Positions 28,070 to 41,884 of a stretch of 64,000 nucleotides of DNA are shown piece after piece. Each line of letters begins with the position of its first letter. The stretch's first letter is position 1. The position numbers and the translations under genes are program-made. This DNA is from Paramecium tetraurelia (Eukaryota): assembly GCA_000165425.1 (NCBI GenBank), contig CT868130.1:310001-374000 (forward strand). Direction: 5' to 3'. The notes beneath the pieces were generated by a model that was not told where the DNA came from, made no database searches, and saw only the letters and a program-made list of their open reading frames with translations.

Positions 28070-29380
28070 TCATCTTCTTGGTTTAGGGATTTTGGAATAG
28101 AGAATAGCCTATCGTTATTCAGCTACTTATTTATATGTAATAGGTTGCTCTTTTGATTGGGATCTTATTTTATTATATGAAGATAGAGTATCTGCTTGAA
28201 TATTTTCTTTTTCAATGGAAATGTTGATTTATTTAACAGGTCTTGAGTCATATTGCTTGTAATCATTTCTTTAATCTTATTTATTTGATATCTACTGTGA
28301 TTATTGAGTACAAGACTGTTTCCCTTTGTTATAGCACCCAACATAATGTTAAGGCTTTGCTTTAGAATTAATTTCACAATCTGAAAGTGTTTTGACATTT
28401 TAAGGTTAATGGCAGGCAGAAAATGATTTACTTCGTGATACTTATAAATCAACACTATTTTCTTAATGAACTGAAGTTTGAAGATTGTTTTTCCTTTAAA
28501 TTTCAAATTCTAACTACTGGATTTTGCATTCTGCATTAGAAAGCTGTCCAAAAAGGTAATTATTCTATTCCCTCAATTCATCAATTTACTAATCTAAAAT
28601 CTTTCTTTGATCATCTAACTATTATTAGTACTTTTATTTTAAATCTCTATATCGTTATGAATATAGTTCTTCATTAGATTTCATCCTACTCATGAATTCT
28701 TACTAGAATGTTGAACTTTATTATAATTCTTCTTCCAACTCACATATTCTTCTTTGATACTCTTCCTCTTAATTAATAATATTTTATGTCAATAATTAAT
28801 ATTCTTCATATTCTTGCTTTATTGATTAATAATCTTATTAATCGTTCCTCATGGTTTCCTGTAATTTATTCTATAGGTCCAAGTATTGCTTTTGTAATTC
28901 TTCTAAGGCTCTATGCAATTCCATAACATCAGGAATACTGTCTTATTAATTTTGGAGATTCTATAAATCTTCCTATAGTTATTAATTTTAATATTCCAAT
29001 TGTTGATTTCTTCGATTCACTTCAGATAATTATTGATTGTATTATCTTTCAGTATCGAATAACTTTTTTTAGAGTTCTTAGATTTATTAATTTTTTTATT
29101 CCAATAAGCTCTTTTATTTAACAGAACTTTTTTCAAGACTACTCTCTCTAATTATATCTGAATTTTTCAATTCATATCCTGTTTTTAAATACTTTTATTC
29201 TAATCTCATCATTGTTTATTGATTCTGCTAACATCTTTCTTACATCTCTTTAAGTTCTTATTTAAAAAAGCTTTCATCAAATTTGGTACTATCATCGAGT
29301 TATCTGCTTCTCTTTAAGGCTTGATTTACTTATTCTTCCAACTCTTCAATCCTTTTCAATTCTTTATCGGTCTATGACAT
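28070..29380 (-). CDS. Coiled-coil hypothetical protein
   Basis: Q/E/K-rich heptad frame MSQTDKELKRIEELEE.. ending ..ILYSKIPKPRR-TGA. Confidence 0.75.
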
Positions 29381-30156
29381 TTATCTAACGGATAATTATT
29401 AATTATTTATTTATTATTTTGTGTATTTAAAGAAAGGAATATAATTACACTGCTGTTTAAGAACTAGAGATTATATCTAAATAATTTATTTTAGATATAT
29501 CGTATGGTCAAATAAGACCATCACTTACTAAAATTAAAGAGATTTATAAGAAATGTTTCGATATATAAATAATAAAGATTGAAATATCCCAATAATATTT
29601 AGTATTAAGTATCTTGTTGAATAATTTTTTGATTTTGTATCATTTATACATATAAGGACTACTTATAAAATAATATAATTAATTGATTATCTACACTCCA
29701 ATTTAATAAAGATATTTAATACTAATTAATAAATTCTTTAATTGGTTTACAAGTCAAACTTTCAATTGACAAAATAAATGCTAATTTTAATTATAAACGA
29801 TGAATATGGAAACATGTATCATTTTAGTTTTAATCTTATGAAATAATCTAATTTCATTGCTTTAGACTAATATAGTATCAACTGGAAGTAAATTAAAAAG
29901 TAGAAAACATAGTAAGTAATAATACTTATTAAAAATGAATTATATATTCTTAAAATTTAATATATACGTTTTGATTAGAATAATTTCTAGAAGAAGATTA
30001 TTTAAAAAGTAGAAATTTCATTCGGCAAAAATAGTAAAATCATCCAATTGGTTTTAAGTTTACTCTTAGATAAAATAAAGGATTGAATTCATATTCAGTA
30101 ATTGTTTTTGAGTTATATAAAGCCATATGGGAATATATTATATAAGAATATTAAAG

Positions 30157-30591
30157 TCATTATGAAGTTGTTATGGATGCTTTATCTTCATCTTTATTAT
30201 TCTAATCTATGGATTATTCTTTTATTCTTCTCATTTTGATTCTATTTTCAGTCTCCACAACTTCAAAATTAGGATGTAAAGGTCCAAAACAATATAATAT
30301 TTCATGATTTTTAAGTACTTCATATCTATGTTTATCTAAAACCTTTCGTATATAATCTCTTAAAAATTTTCTACATTGCTGATAACTTTTAGTTTGAATG
30401 AATTAGGATTGATATTAGAAGAATACTTTGTCTTTCTTAATTTTTTTATTTCTTCTCATGAATCTTTTAAATTTTACTATCTCAGACTCTTACCATTCTT
30501 TAGTATACTCCTTCTGAAACTAAATATGAGTGTTTTGAAATTGAAAAATTCCTATTAGTTCTTCGTATGAGACAAAGCTAAGGGAAGACAT
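30157..30591 (-). CDS. Small SANT/Myb-like domain protein
   Basis: Uninterrupted 144-aa frame. KEWQESEIVKFKRFM..VFFQYQSQFIQTKSYQQCRKF has a SANT-like W..E..F / I.TK..QC..F pattern. Confidence 0.6.
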
Positions 30592-30717
30592 TTTAATTTA
30601 TATTTTATTTTATGTGAAATTATAAATATAGGAAATTTGGAAAATTTATAAGAACGTGTAAATTATAAGGATTTGACATATTTATTGATAATAATTCTTG
30701 GAATTTGATTATTTAAA

Positions 30718-32290
30718 TCATATTATTGTAATATTTCCATTGTTTAGGCCATTGTGTTCTCCAACGATATGAGTATCTGAATAGGGCACGATAGGTTCTT
30801 TAAAATTGGGATTTTTTTATAATGCCTATTTGGTTAGGTTTTTCCACTAATGATAATTGAAATATAGTACCTTTTCTTCAATCTTTTATCTGTCTTTCTT
30901 TTGATTCTTGGCATCTTGGATGATGTACAAATATTTTGGATCCTTATTATTCAAGGCTTTATCAAATGCTTGATAATCAATTTCTTTAAGTATTGTCTTT
31001 AAAGCATTCAAAGATTCTTGTAAAACCTTATGCCAATGAGTGTCTGCTATTTGAGCAATGACTGGAACTAAAAGGGGAAAGGTGAATGGCTTATAACTCT
31101 TCAGAATAGTGAGGAAATAATCATTTTCAAAGAAACACATAGCTCTGTCAGCCACTTATAGGTGTGGTCCTGCAATACATTTAATTAACCTTTTGAACAG
31201 TTTTGGAATCAAAGGTTCTAATTTTGATATTTCACAGACTTCCAACACTTCTAAGAGTTCATTAAGAAACATAACTTCTTTGGCTGAATTAGCAAATGGC
31301 CAATATCTTAAGAGTCCTTCAACTAAGAAAGTTGCTAAAGTTGGATCTTTTGATAAAAAGAGCATGGAACATCTCAATAATTATTCATGATAAAACTAAC
31401 AAGTTTAAACTTTATGGAGAGGGATAATGACAGTTTTAAAGAATATAACATGTTCTTCTCTTAATGGGACAGCAAATCCACTAATGATACTTGCCAAGAT
31501 ATCTAGGAGTTCGGCTGCACCATTAAATTTGTAGGTTTCATGGATTAAAGTGTAGAAGCAATCATTTATTGCTTTTCTAATCATTTTTCTTCTGGGGACC
31601 AATTTAGCATAGAGCCTATGCAAAATATTTTTAAGGTATTCTCTTTCTCTGGGTTCTTCTGAATCGAACAATTCAAGGAATTCTTAAATAAAAGAGTGAG
31701 TAATGAAAATCTATAAAATTTATAAAAGAAATACTTTGAGGGATTTAACATCAGGCTATTCATTAACAATTAATTATAAGAAATATTCATAGACAGGTTG
31801 TAAATGTGTCCAAGCTGGGTCTATGAGTTACTAATTAATAAAAGAAAATAAGTTACATCATCATCCTCCATGCCAATCTCTCCATTGGTTGCTGTTTTCT
31901 TTAAAATTGGCAATGGCCTAAAAATATTCTTTTCAATCATTTCTATGATCAAATCTAAATGTGGGACAACCAAATTGGCAACAAAATTAGGTTCTTTTAA
32001 TAAATCAAATAATTCTTGTAAGTATTATGAACGTTCCTATTTCTCTTTGACATTTTTTGTGTCATCATTAAAATCGTATGGTTATGAACAAAAATGGATT
32101 TTTTTTAAGAATTAATCTCTAATTTCTTTGGGTACATGTTTGGGATCTGTTACTCTGGCCATATTTTGAATCATTTGTGGAGGTGCCTAATAATCACATT
32201 AGCTATTACTCTTGCTTATTGAGTGTTAGTGGTAGGCTAAGCTTGTGGTCTTCCTGTTGGGGTTTATTTTGAATTTGCAGTCCTTTACAT
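30718..32290 (-). CDS. PP2A regulatory subunit B' (B56)
   Basis: [78 protein letters not shown] and HLQVADRA. Confidence 0.96.
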
Positions 32291-32341
32291 TATTTTTATT
32301 TTTGATTTTGATATAGATGTGTTTTTGAATATATATATTAG

Positions 32342-33515
32342 ATGATTTAATAATAAGTAAGGGATCTCTTTTCATTTACACCAATTCTTTAATCAACTTC
32401 ACTAGATGACGACTAATTACCTTCCTATTCGACCTACGCATATGATTTATATGAGAAGAAATTTAGAAGGATTTCTAAGTTTGTTAATTTTGATTAATTG
32501 AACTACGTTCCATTTTATGCTGCATCTGTTAGAATTTCAAATACAAACGATTTCTTAATCACTGGCGGAGCAGTTTTATAGGAAGACAATCAAGATTAAT
32601 ATTTTTCAACCAATTTTTGCATGAAAATAACAGTAAATAAAGATAGTGTATTAATATCATCTTTCGATTCCATTTAATAATAATAGATATTACCATCATT
32701 GATATATCCAAGACATAATCATAAAATATTTGAATTAATACTCAATGATAAACGAGCTTTTATAGTTGTAGGTGGTTAGTATGTTAATTCTAATGAATTT
32801 GGAGTTTTTAATTCTTGTGAAATGTTAATTGAAGGATCAAATGAATGGATACAAATAGCACCCTTATAAAAAAATAGAACTGGATTTTCAGGATTCGTAT
32901 AAAATAATAAAATATACATATTTTGTGGAATTTCTGGTTTTAATGAAAAAAAACATGAAATAATACCACCCACATAAATTGAAGTTTACAATCCAGAAAA
33001 AAATGAATGGGAATAAATTAAATATAAATGTCCTTTAGGAATTACAATAGGTTTAGATTGTCTTTGCTTGCCGATTAATGATAACAAAGTATTAATTTTA
33101 GGGGGATCAAAAGAATAAAGTTCAGATTAGATTTTAATTATGGACTAAGATAAAAAGGCATTCACAAAGCATCCATAAAAGTTATCCATTCCTAAAGCAA
33201 AATGTTATGGACGGTTCTCTAGAAATATCGTAACTAAGAAAATAATACGAGAGGAAAGTATTTCTTAATTGATAAATATTAGATCAAGAAACTATACAAG
33301 AGGAATAAAAAAATTTGATAATAATCTTGGGTGGAAGTAGTTACTAGTTAGATCTAGAGATTTACCAATTATTAGATGAAGACAATCTATAAATAAAATT
33401 ACTCTAGAAATATGAATTCGGTGATGTTCTAGATTAGGATTATGAAATAAATGGACTTCCTAATAAGACATCATGGAATTTTGTTTTTTAAAGTTTACCA
33501 ATTTTATCGGAATGA
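32342..33515 (+). CDS. Kelch-repeat protein
   Basis: FLITGG, LYIVGG, IYIFCG and VLILGG blades with spaced Y/W residues (NEWIQIAP, NEWEQI). Confidence 0.8.
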
Positions 33516-33602
33516 CAAATATAAATAGAAATAATATATATATATTGAACATTGACTTTAATAACAATGAAATTCTCTTCAATTAGAATAAATAATATAA
33601 TT

Positions 33603-34494
33603 TCATTATTCCTCCTGAGCTGTAGCTGCATAAGGATCTTTTCTATAATATACTTTGACATTCTTGGCTGATGATTTTCTGTCCTAGACTATAAAAGTAA
33701 TACAATAATCATACCAACTCTGTAGTTGCCATTTGGGAAGATCTCGGTATTATGATACAAATTGTAGAAAAATGAAAGTTAAGAGCTTGGAGCTTTGAAA
33801 GGCCTTTCAAAAACATACCAAGAATTTCTTTCTGTGCAATCTGGATAGGTAAAGGAGCCTGCATATAAATAATATGGTTAGATAGAAAATGCTGAAGTAA
33901 TCAATTCACTTAAATCCAAGATAAAATCTTCTTTGTTGTAGTTATCGATCACCTTGATTAATATTAGTGATTATTAATACCTATTATAAGAATGGATGTT
34001 TTTGGGCTGTGTCATCTTGAATGAAAAAGACAGAGACGGTTGATCTATTTTGAATTGTTGCAAAGAGCATTGTGTGTTGGATTTAAACTTCTAAATTATA
34101 CTAGACTCCATTGATTTTATGTTCAGCTTCACTTCTGAAGAATATGATTTTTCCACCATAGGCAACACTATCTGACCAAGAATTCACAGTGTACAATGGA
34201 CCAAAGTTATCGGTGTCAGTAGCTGGTATTATTCTATGGGTTGTTTAGTTTTTTGTGATTCTCACTTTGGTGGGTTTGTATTTTGGGAAAAAGTACATAT
34301 CGTCTTCCTAAATTAATGATTGTGTATTCTACATTGGTGTTAGTATAATTATTATCTAGGTTAATGGGGGACTGTAATTTTTTACCAAAGCAATATTCAT
34401 GGATGTCTGGCCAGTCCTTGCCATTTGAAGTGTAATCATAGTCATCACTACCATAAACAGTTGATAAGCTTAGTATTAATAATGATAAAATCAT
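33603..34494 (-). CDS. Secreted alpha-carbonic-anhydrase-like protein, predicted acatalytic
   Basis: Signal peptide; GKDWP..C..QSPINL; AEHKING..YNLE; YAGSFTYPDCTE..W; GNYRV. The Zn-binding His residues are absent. Confidence 0.88.
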
Positions 34495-34635
34495 GAATTA
34501 ATAATAATATTATTTTATTTGGATTCATCATTAATAATTTTTATATCGGAATTTCAAAAAATCCGAACTTAATTTGGGAACCAAAAAGGTATTCCTTAAT
34601 TTTAGAAAAATGTTAAAATATATAATAAACATTGT

Positions 34636-35193
34636 TCAAAATATGATGCATTCTTTGCATTACTAACATCGTTATTAATTATTACTTGGCTTGCTGTATT
34701 CTTATATGTATCTTTACATAAATTCTATATAACTGGGCCAAATCGTATCCCCTATGCATAGCATTGAAATTTACTATATGATTGAATTTCTGTAATATTT
34801 ATCAATTGCTTAGCAGCCGTGGACAGTTCATCTGCCAATAAAATGCTGGCATCAATCAAGTCAAAATATCTGTGATACAAATCAATGATGTCTCTGTCAG
34901 TATGAGGCTATTGTTTCTTGGCAATATCATATAATGCATTTGTTTTTTACAGATAATCAAATGCAAGGATCTATCTTCCTGCCTTAATTAATAGCGATTT
35001 ACCCTACACTACCCTTGAGAACAAAGCACGCCTTCTCCATCCTTTTTTAATCAAGCAATTAAACAGCTAAGTACAATTCTTGTAGTTATTTTTCAAAGGT
35101 CATGTTGATAAATTTGGAAATGATGGAAACATATATTTCTTCACTTCCATATTCAATCTTCCCTTGCTCATAATTTATGGTTTTATATTCCAT
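34636..35193 (-). CDS. HPt (histidine phosphotransfer)-like domain protein lacking the phospho-His, with a C-terminal CaaX
   Basis: YVSIISKFINMTFEKQLQELYLAVQLLDQKRMEKACFVLKGS has an HPt helix pattern, and after one intron the frame ends ..QQRCQQCKECIIF-TGA. The start is either ATG 35171, or ATG 35193 with a 1-nt frameshift. Confidence 0.6.
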
Positions 35194-35281
35194 TTATTAA
35201 AAATATATTTATTTATTATAGTCGACCTAAAGTTTAATTTATAATTTCTAACGATAATATAAACATTAGCTAATTCATTAA

Positions 35282-36797
35282 ATGAGCTGGATTACTATAG
35301 GTAGTTAGAATAAAGGCCCTTAAGGTCGATGGGGACACACCAGTGTTGCGCAGGATGATAAACTCTATATCTTTGGAGGCTATGGTATGGACTTAGAAAT
35401 ATTATTAAGATGGCAATTATCTAAATGATTTCTACTCTTATGATTTTGACAACAACATGTGGTAGACAATACACTAAGAAGGCCAGGTGCCAGAGCCCAG
35501 ATCAAATCATATCATGCTTATCAACAGCGGAACCATATATATTCAAGGGGGAGGAGGTATGTCCAAAACTCGATTCGGGGATCTCTATTCATTTAATAAT
35601 AAAACCTGGCTGAAATAGAAAATTAATTTAATACCTCGAACCTATCATACAGGTTGTGTTGGCGATAATAAACTATTTATATATGGAGGAGAATCCGGTA
35701 GAGATTTGGACGATTTAGAAATTGTTGATTTAAGTGGCATGACACAATATACTGTGAAAGTTGAATGTTAGGTAAAGCCAGAACCTAGACGTTTTGCAAC
35801 TCTTTAGTATTACAATAATTAATTAATATTAATTGGTGGATGCACTTAATCCTACATTAATACTCCTTCAATTTATGTTGCTAGTTTTAAGGAAGTCGAT
35901 AATAATATAAGTGTGGCTTGGACTTAACTATAAATTTAATTTTCTAAATGGGGGTAATCTTGTATACAATTTGATGATTTATTGTATATTTTTGGAGGAA
36001 GAGATGACAAGGATTCTGATGAACTCTACTCTTTTGATTTATAAAACAGTAAGATTTAGATCATTAACAATTAAAATAAGATTAAGGCAAGAAGAAAACA
36101 TAGTGCTTCTATTATTGGTAATTCCTTAGTAATTTTTGGTGGGTTCAACGGAAAATATTAAAATGATTTATGCTTCTATGAATTACCACTTATTAATTCT
36201 GTTCCGCTTTCTGTCGAATTACCATCCAAACCATACTAAGAAGTACCATAATATTAATTTGAAAACTTCTTTTAATTTGAAAATGGAATTCACTTTTACA
36301 AAGAAAAATATGATTGCCTAATCTAAACAGATGAAAAATGTTTTGGTGTCAATAAATCTGTTCTTCTTAATACTTCAGGATATTTTAGAGAACTATTTAG
36401 TGGAGATTATGCAGAGGGCTAATTACTTTAATTAGATTTATCTTTTGTAGATCACATTGCTTTTGGTATAGTTTTGATTTTCTCATATGAAAATAAACTG
36501 ACACTCCCTATTCTGAATAAAGAAGAACTCTTTAGGCTCTTAGAACTATGTGATTACTTAGACATGATGTAATTAAAAGAGAAAACTTAATACTATATTG
36601 CTTAGACTGTTGATAAAAATACAATTTAAGAAATATACAAACTTTCTGTTGAACATTAGAATAATTAGTTATAAAATTTTTGTGCATTCAAGGTTTCAAA
36701 ATTGAAAATGCCATTGCAAGAAATTGACAATATATAAAGCTAATAAGTAAATAACATGAAAAAAATAAGAAAGTTGTCAATTGTCAATGAATTATGA
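35282..36797 (+). CDS. Kelch-repeat + BTB/POZ protein (LZTR1-like architecture)
   Basis: GRWGHTS..KLYIFGGY, PRSNH, PRTYHT and ARRKHSA..LVIFGGFNG repeats, followed by BTB-like FGVNKSVL..SGYFRELFSGDYAE..LELCDY. Confidence 0.88.
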
Positions 36798-36841
36798 TTA
36801 ATTTATATTTTCTTCTATTAGATTTATAATTTAATTTATTT

Positions 36842-37724
36842 ATGGAGAATTCTTGGAAATTAATCACAGCAAACTCTTATTATGACGCAGAGGCAAACTT
36901 AGTGAAATACTTTACAAAGGGATTAGGAATCGATCTACAAATTGTTAATGTTGAATATCTCTTTCTTTTTAAATAAGGAAACCTCCCTCTATTAATTATT
37001 GGACCAAAAGTGCTTTAAAAAGGAGAGATTTCTAAATTTCTTGTAAATGTATTCGACAGTTTATATGAAAGGAATACTTGAAAAATTGCCAATAGAATTA
37101 TGAACAGTACTTCAATCTGTTTGACAATTGCTATTAAATGCTTGAAATAATTGATTATTTTATGTGGGCTGCTCCCTCTAATATTTTATACTAATACAAG
37201 GACTAGTATACTTTCTTTAACGCTATTAACAAATATTATCAATGTCGCTTCCTTATCAATCAAAAGAAAAGATTTAAGTAGCTCAAATACCTTGATAATA
37301 ATAATGTTAATAACAAAGCTAAGATTCATCTCACAATTATTCAACATTGGATAAAAATGTAGCATGAATAACAACAACCGGTTAATGTATACTACATTTT
37401 TTGTTTTGTTGTACTTAAGTCCATAATTTTCAATATCAGATATTCTCAATTAGTATAATACACATCTAATTATAGTACAATCAAATCCTTAAGTCTGAAT
37501 TGAAAGATTTGCTTCAATAAATGACTTTGAGACTAGAATAAGAGTTTTAACTTGAACCTATATAAGGAATCAAAGATTCTGTTGCATTATATAATTAACA
37601 ACTAGACAAGCTATTATAGATAAATAAAGATTTAAAACCAAAAAGGAATTCTCACTAACTAATTCTTCAATTTATATCATTATCATTATTTACTTATGTG
37701 TTAATTTCAAATGACTTCAAATGA
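36842..37724 (+). CDS. Metaxin/SAM37-like GST-fold protein with C-terminal TM (tentative)
   Basis: N-terminal ..QGNLPLLIIG.., central DYFMW, and a C-terminal hydrophobic stretch LILQFISLSLFTYVLI. Two 23-nt introns restore the frame. The family call is an inference. Confidence 0.5.
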
Positions 37725-38116
37725 GTTGTAATAAATATATATAATAATTTTAATGACGTAAACTTATTCCTAATTAATATGATTTTCTTAGTTGCAGATA
37801 TCAAAGCTTGTTGAAAACATCTAATATTACCTTCTAAACATTAGATTCATATTTGAATACAACAATAACAGATTATTATTTAAGTAGATGCAATTATATT
37901 TGCTAGTAATGACTTTATTAGAGTGTTCTCTCAATTTCATCTAAAAATATCGGAAATGACCAGATATAATTTAATCATAATTTGCATCATCAGAATTAAT
38001 GCATAATTTTCTGCATTATCTAATCGTATATATATTCAAAAATGTTCTAATTAAAACTCATTAATATATAATTATACATTCAGCAAAAACTACAAAATGA
38101 CTGAAAACTTTAACAA

Positions 38117-38671
38117 TCAAACTTAAATCACATTGATGACTGAAAGATATAATGAATAATATGAAATAAACAAAGAAACAGATATAAAAATGTAAAAAGG
38201 ACTAAAAAAGGATTTGACAGATTGTGTCACTAAAGTAGTTGGAGAAGTGGCAATGAAAGTTTGCTTTGCTTTAACAGTTGCCTTCTGTATTGGTTGTTGA
38301 GAACTCACCAATTAAGACCTTCTTTTTCTTGACTTTTATATTTTATGTTTATAGCACTTTAAACTAATATAAAACTAATTCTTGTTATTTTCATCCTTTG
38401 TTATACTAACCTTTCTAACAGAAATTTGTATTTTCTATTCATACTTTATTCTTAAATTGTGAGAAACCCCTTGCATAACTTATATGCATAGTTGTGTTAC
38501 TTAATTTTTTTTGCTGAAATTATAAGATGTATGACTTAGTAAGTTCTCCTTAAAAAAGACCTCATTTTAATGATTTAGATCACCTCCTCACTTAATTCAT
38601 ATAAAATTATTGTACATTTTCCTATTTAACACAATTTTAGTAAAGCAACTTTAAATTGTTATAGCATTCAT
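38117..38671 (-). CDS. Hypothetical basic protein with hydrophobic C-terminus
   Basis: Open after removing 25-nt and 22-nt GT-AG introns; ends ..FFSPFYIFISVSLFISYYSLYLSVINVIQV-TGA. Confidence 0.5.
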
Positions 38672-39673
38672 TCTATAAGATTTAATTTGGAAAAATTCTT
38701 TTATAATTAAACTCAATAATTATATGGTCTTTGATTGAATTAAGAAAATAAGCAGTATACTTTCATACTTAAAACATACAAAGAGATTTGATTATAATAG
38801 GAGAGATCTAATATATATTACATTTTTATTAAAGAATAAATAAAATTTTAAAGTATATGTCTTTTTATTTTTCATTAAAATTAGGGTTTCTATATATATA
38901 CCTTTAAGGATTATATAACTTTTGATTTTCATAATATTCTTGAAAGCAAGATTATGTCTTAGTTCATTAATAATTTCCATTATCTCAAAAATTTCAAAAA
39001 AAGTACAAAAATCAATATACTTTATAAAATTAAAGATATCAGATTGGGTGATTTAAGATTGAATTTGCCGATTGCAGCTATCAATTCAATATGTTAATCT
39101 CTCATATTTTATATTAAATTTAATCAAGAGAAGAAATTTTTCTAACTACTTTATAATTTATTTGATATAAAAATATATTAGGACTTAATTAATAATAAAG
39201 ATAATCAAAAGATAAAAATTATTATTACAATTATTTCTATATACAAATTATTACCTGAAAATTCGACAACTTTAGATCTATAGAAGCCAATAAACTTAAT
39301 AGAGTATAAAATAGTTTATAATATTTATTCAGAATATCATTTGCAAATATGCACTAATATTATAACTTTAATTATTTCCGAACTAAAACAAATAAAGTTT
39401 CTCTGCTATAATATAAATATTATAGTATCCATTTGTATTATATAAAAAACTATGAATTTGGATAAAATTTGAGTCGGTTTAGTTTTTTTATATGGTTAAA
39501 GCATATTAGATGTTAATAATTATTATATTTAAGATTACTAGAATATCGTGATTAATTTTTGGTAAATTATAAAATAAATACACTTTTAATGGAAAATATA
39601 TTATAATATTTAAAATAAATTAAATTCTCACACTAGTTAATAAATTAAATTTATTTATATCTTAATAGTGATA

Positions 39674-40300
39674 ATGCTAAAATAAAACAAAGATGATAAT
39701 AGTGAAAGTAGAATTTTAAGAGGTCTCAAAACCTTATAAAATTAGAGTTCAGAAGAATACAAAAAACATAGAAGTATCAAGAGTCTATGATAGCTCAGAT
39801 GATTCAAATATAAAAACTACAGATATGATTATAATCATAAGTCTCGTAACAACATAATTGTATGAAATTTAGGTAACTATCTAGAAATTTTTTGATATGA
39901 CTGAAAATCTAGATAATTTTAATGCCTAGAATTTCTATAGGATAAAATAAATAATTAGTTCACTAGACAAATAGGAGAGGCAAGATAAAATAAAAAAGTC
40001 AAAAAGAAGAGCAAAGAAATTTTCAAATGAGGAAGATCAGCGACTATTAAACTGTGTACAAAGAAGAGGACCAAAATTCATAAGTTCATAAGATAATTTC
40101 TAGGAATTACTTCTAATATTTTAAAGAATATATACTATAAATAACTAAGATTTGCTATAGATAATATATTAGAAAAGTATAAATTTGGATTATTAAAGCC
40201 AAAATCATCATTTGGTTTTTATGCTGAATTGGAAAATTCTAAGCATTGAAAAAGATATTGATCAATGGTATTTATCTTTATTCATGAACACTTTCTCAAG
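39674..40300 (+). pseudogene. Frameshifted Myb-domain gene, same family as 21965-22657
   Basis: KKFSNEEDQRLLNCVQRRGPK continues as HKFIRQF..ILKNIYYKQLRF only after a frame change near 40078. Another frame break lies near 39765. Confidence 0.65.
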
Positions 40301-41327
40301 AAAACCTATGATAAGTGTTATATATCCAGTATCATTTTCCTTTAGTTAATTTAAATTAATACTTGAATATAAATAGACTCATGGTCTGTTTGTTCCTTTC
40401 CGATCTGTATTAATTCGCATCTAAAATTACAGCCACCAGCAAATAAATAATATTTTAGATAAAAGTAGTTATTAAAACTATCTGTTTAGAACTAACATTC
40501 CAAATCTTAATTGAAGGTTTTTTCCATAATATAAATGATAGGAAAATAAAGCTTTTGCTTTCTTTATTAAAAGTTTGCTTTAGCTGGTTTGGATCATAAA
40601 ATCAAAAAGTATTTATTACAACTATAAATTAATAATAGAAAATTGAAATTATATTAAAGCATTAATGAGTGATTTTAGATCTTTATGAGTATTATAAAGT
40701 TAATTAATTTAATCTAATCAAAGGATTATAAACTCATGTCGTCCTATTCAAATAGAATATATGGCTTATTAAAAAAAGATATGTAAGAATTGGAATTAAT
40801 TTCTATTTTATAATTTAAATTATTTTTTTAATGAAGATTTTTAATTTATAATAGCCGACATGAGTTTTACTAAATTCCGATTGAACATTTATTTTAATGT
40901 TCATTAGAAAATTTAAATGAAATTCTTAAGTCGTCGCTCCCTTGATAAATATTTTAAGATAATTAATAACATAATTGCACTAAGTATATATTATCCAAAT
41001 TTTACATCCAATTCATCAGTTCTGTTACCATATAGATGGTAGAGTGCCAATTTGAGTAAATTTAAATACATTAATTTAGTGAAAAAACGAATTTTGAGGG
41101 AAATAATTTTAATAATAAATTTTTCGGTCTAACGAGAATAGATAGACAAGAAAAATTGAGTCGATACTGGCAGAAATTTAGCTATATGTAATTAAATTAC
41201 AAGTTTGTGTATAAAGTTTATAGAATAACTCAAAACATAAACACTTAGTATTAAAAATCATTAATCTTATGGTACATCCTTTATAAAATTGTTTGAAATA
41301 ATCTTTCCTTCAGTTAAGGGTGATACT

Positions 41328-41492
41328 TCACTAACTATCTACTTTTTCCCTTAGTGGATCCTTGTCGAGTTTAATTTTATATTCTCTGGTAATGATTCCT
41401 TCTTCTTTGCTCATTTTTCTTCCAGCTTGTAGAGGAACATTTATAAAGCATAGATCCTTCTTATTTTTTAATTTTGTGGATGTACAACCCAT
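41328..41492 (-). CDS. Small ORF with N-acylation-type start (MGCTSTK), possibly truncated
   Basis: MGCTSTKLKNKKDLCFINVPLQAGRK.. 54 aa to TGA; higher GC than the flanks. Confidence 0.35.
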
Positions 41493-41884
41493 ATATTATA
41501 AAATAATTTATGTTTTTTCAAGTTGATTTGATAAATAGTTTAATTAATTAAAAATTGGTTTTATCACTTAACTTATATTAATTCGAAAATTAGAAGAAAA
41601 TTGTAGTAGTTAATATATATTATAAATTATTTTCATATTAGTTTTTGAAGAAAATGCATTTGCAGAGAAAGTAAAACATGTATCTGATTATGAAAGCTAT
41701 TTTTAAATAAAGAATTACCATTCAACTTTATCAAAGAGTATCTATAAGGCATATTTTTTTAATATGAATTATATCTACTCTATTTGATTATTTAGGAGAA
41801 TTAATTGGGTTGAATGATACCAGATAATTTGATTTACTAGCCCAAAGTTTAGCAATCTTCCTCAAAAGCATAAAAAATTGTTTT

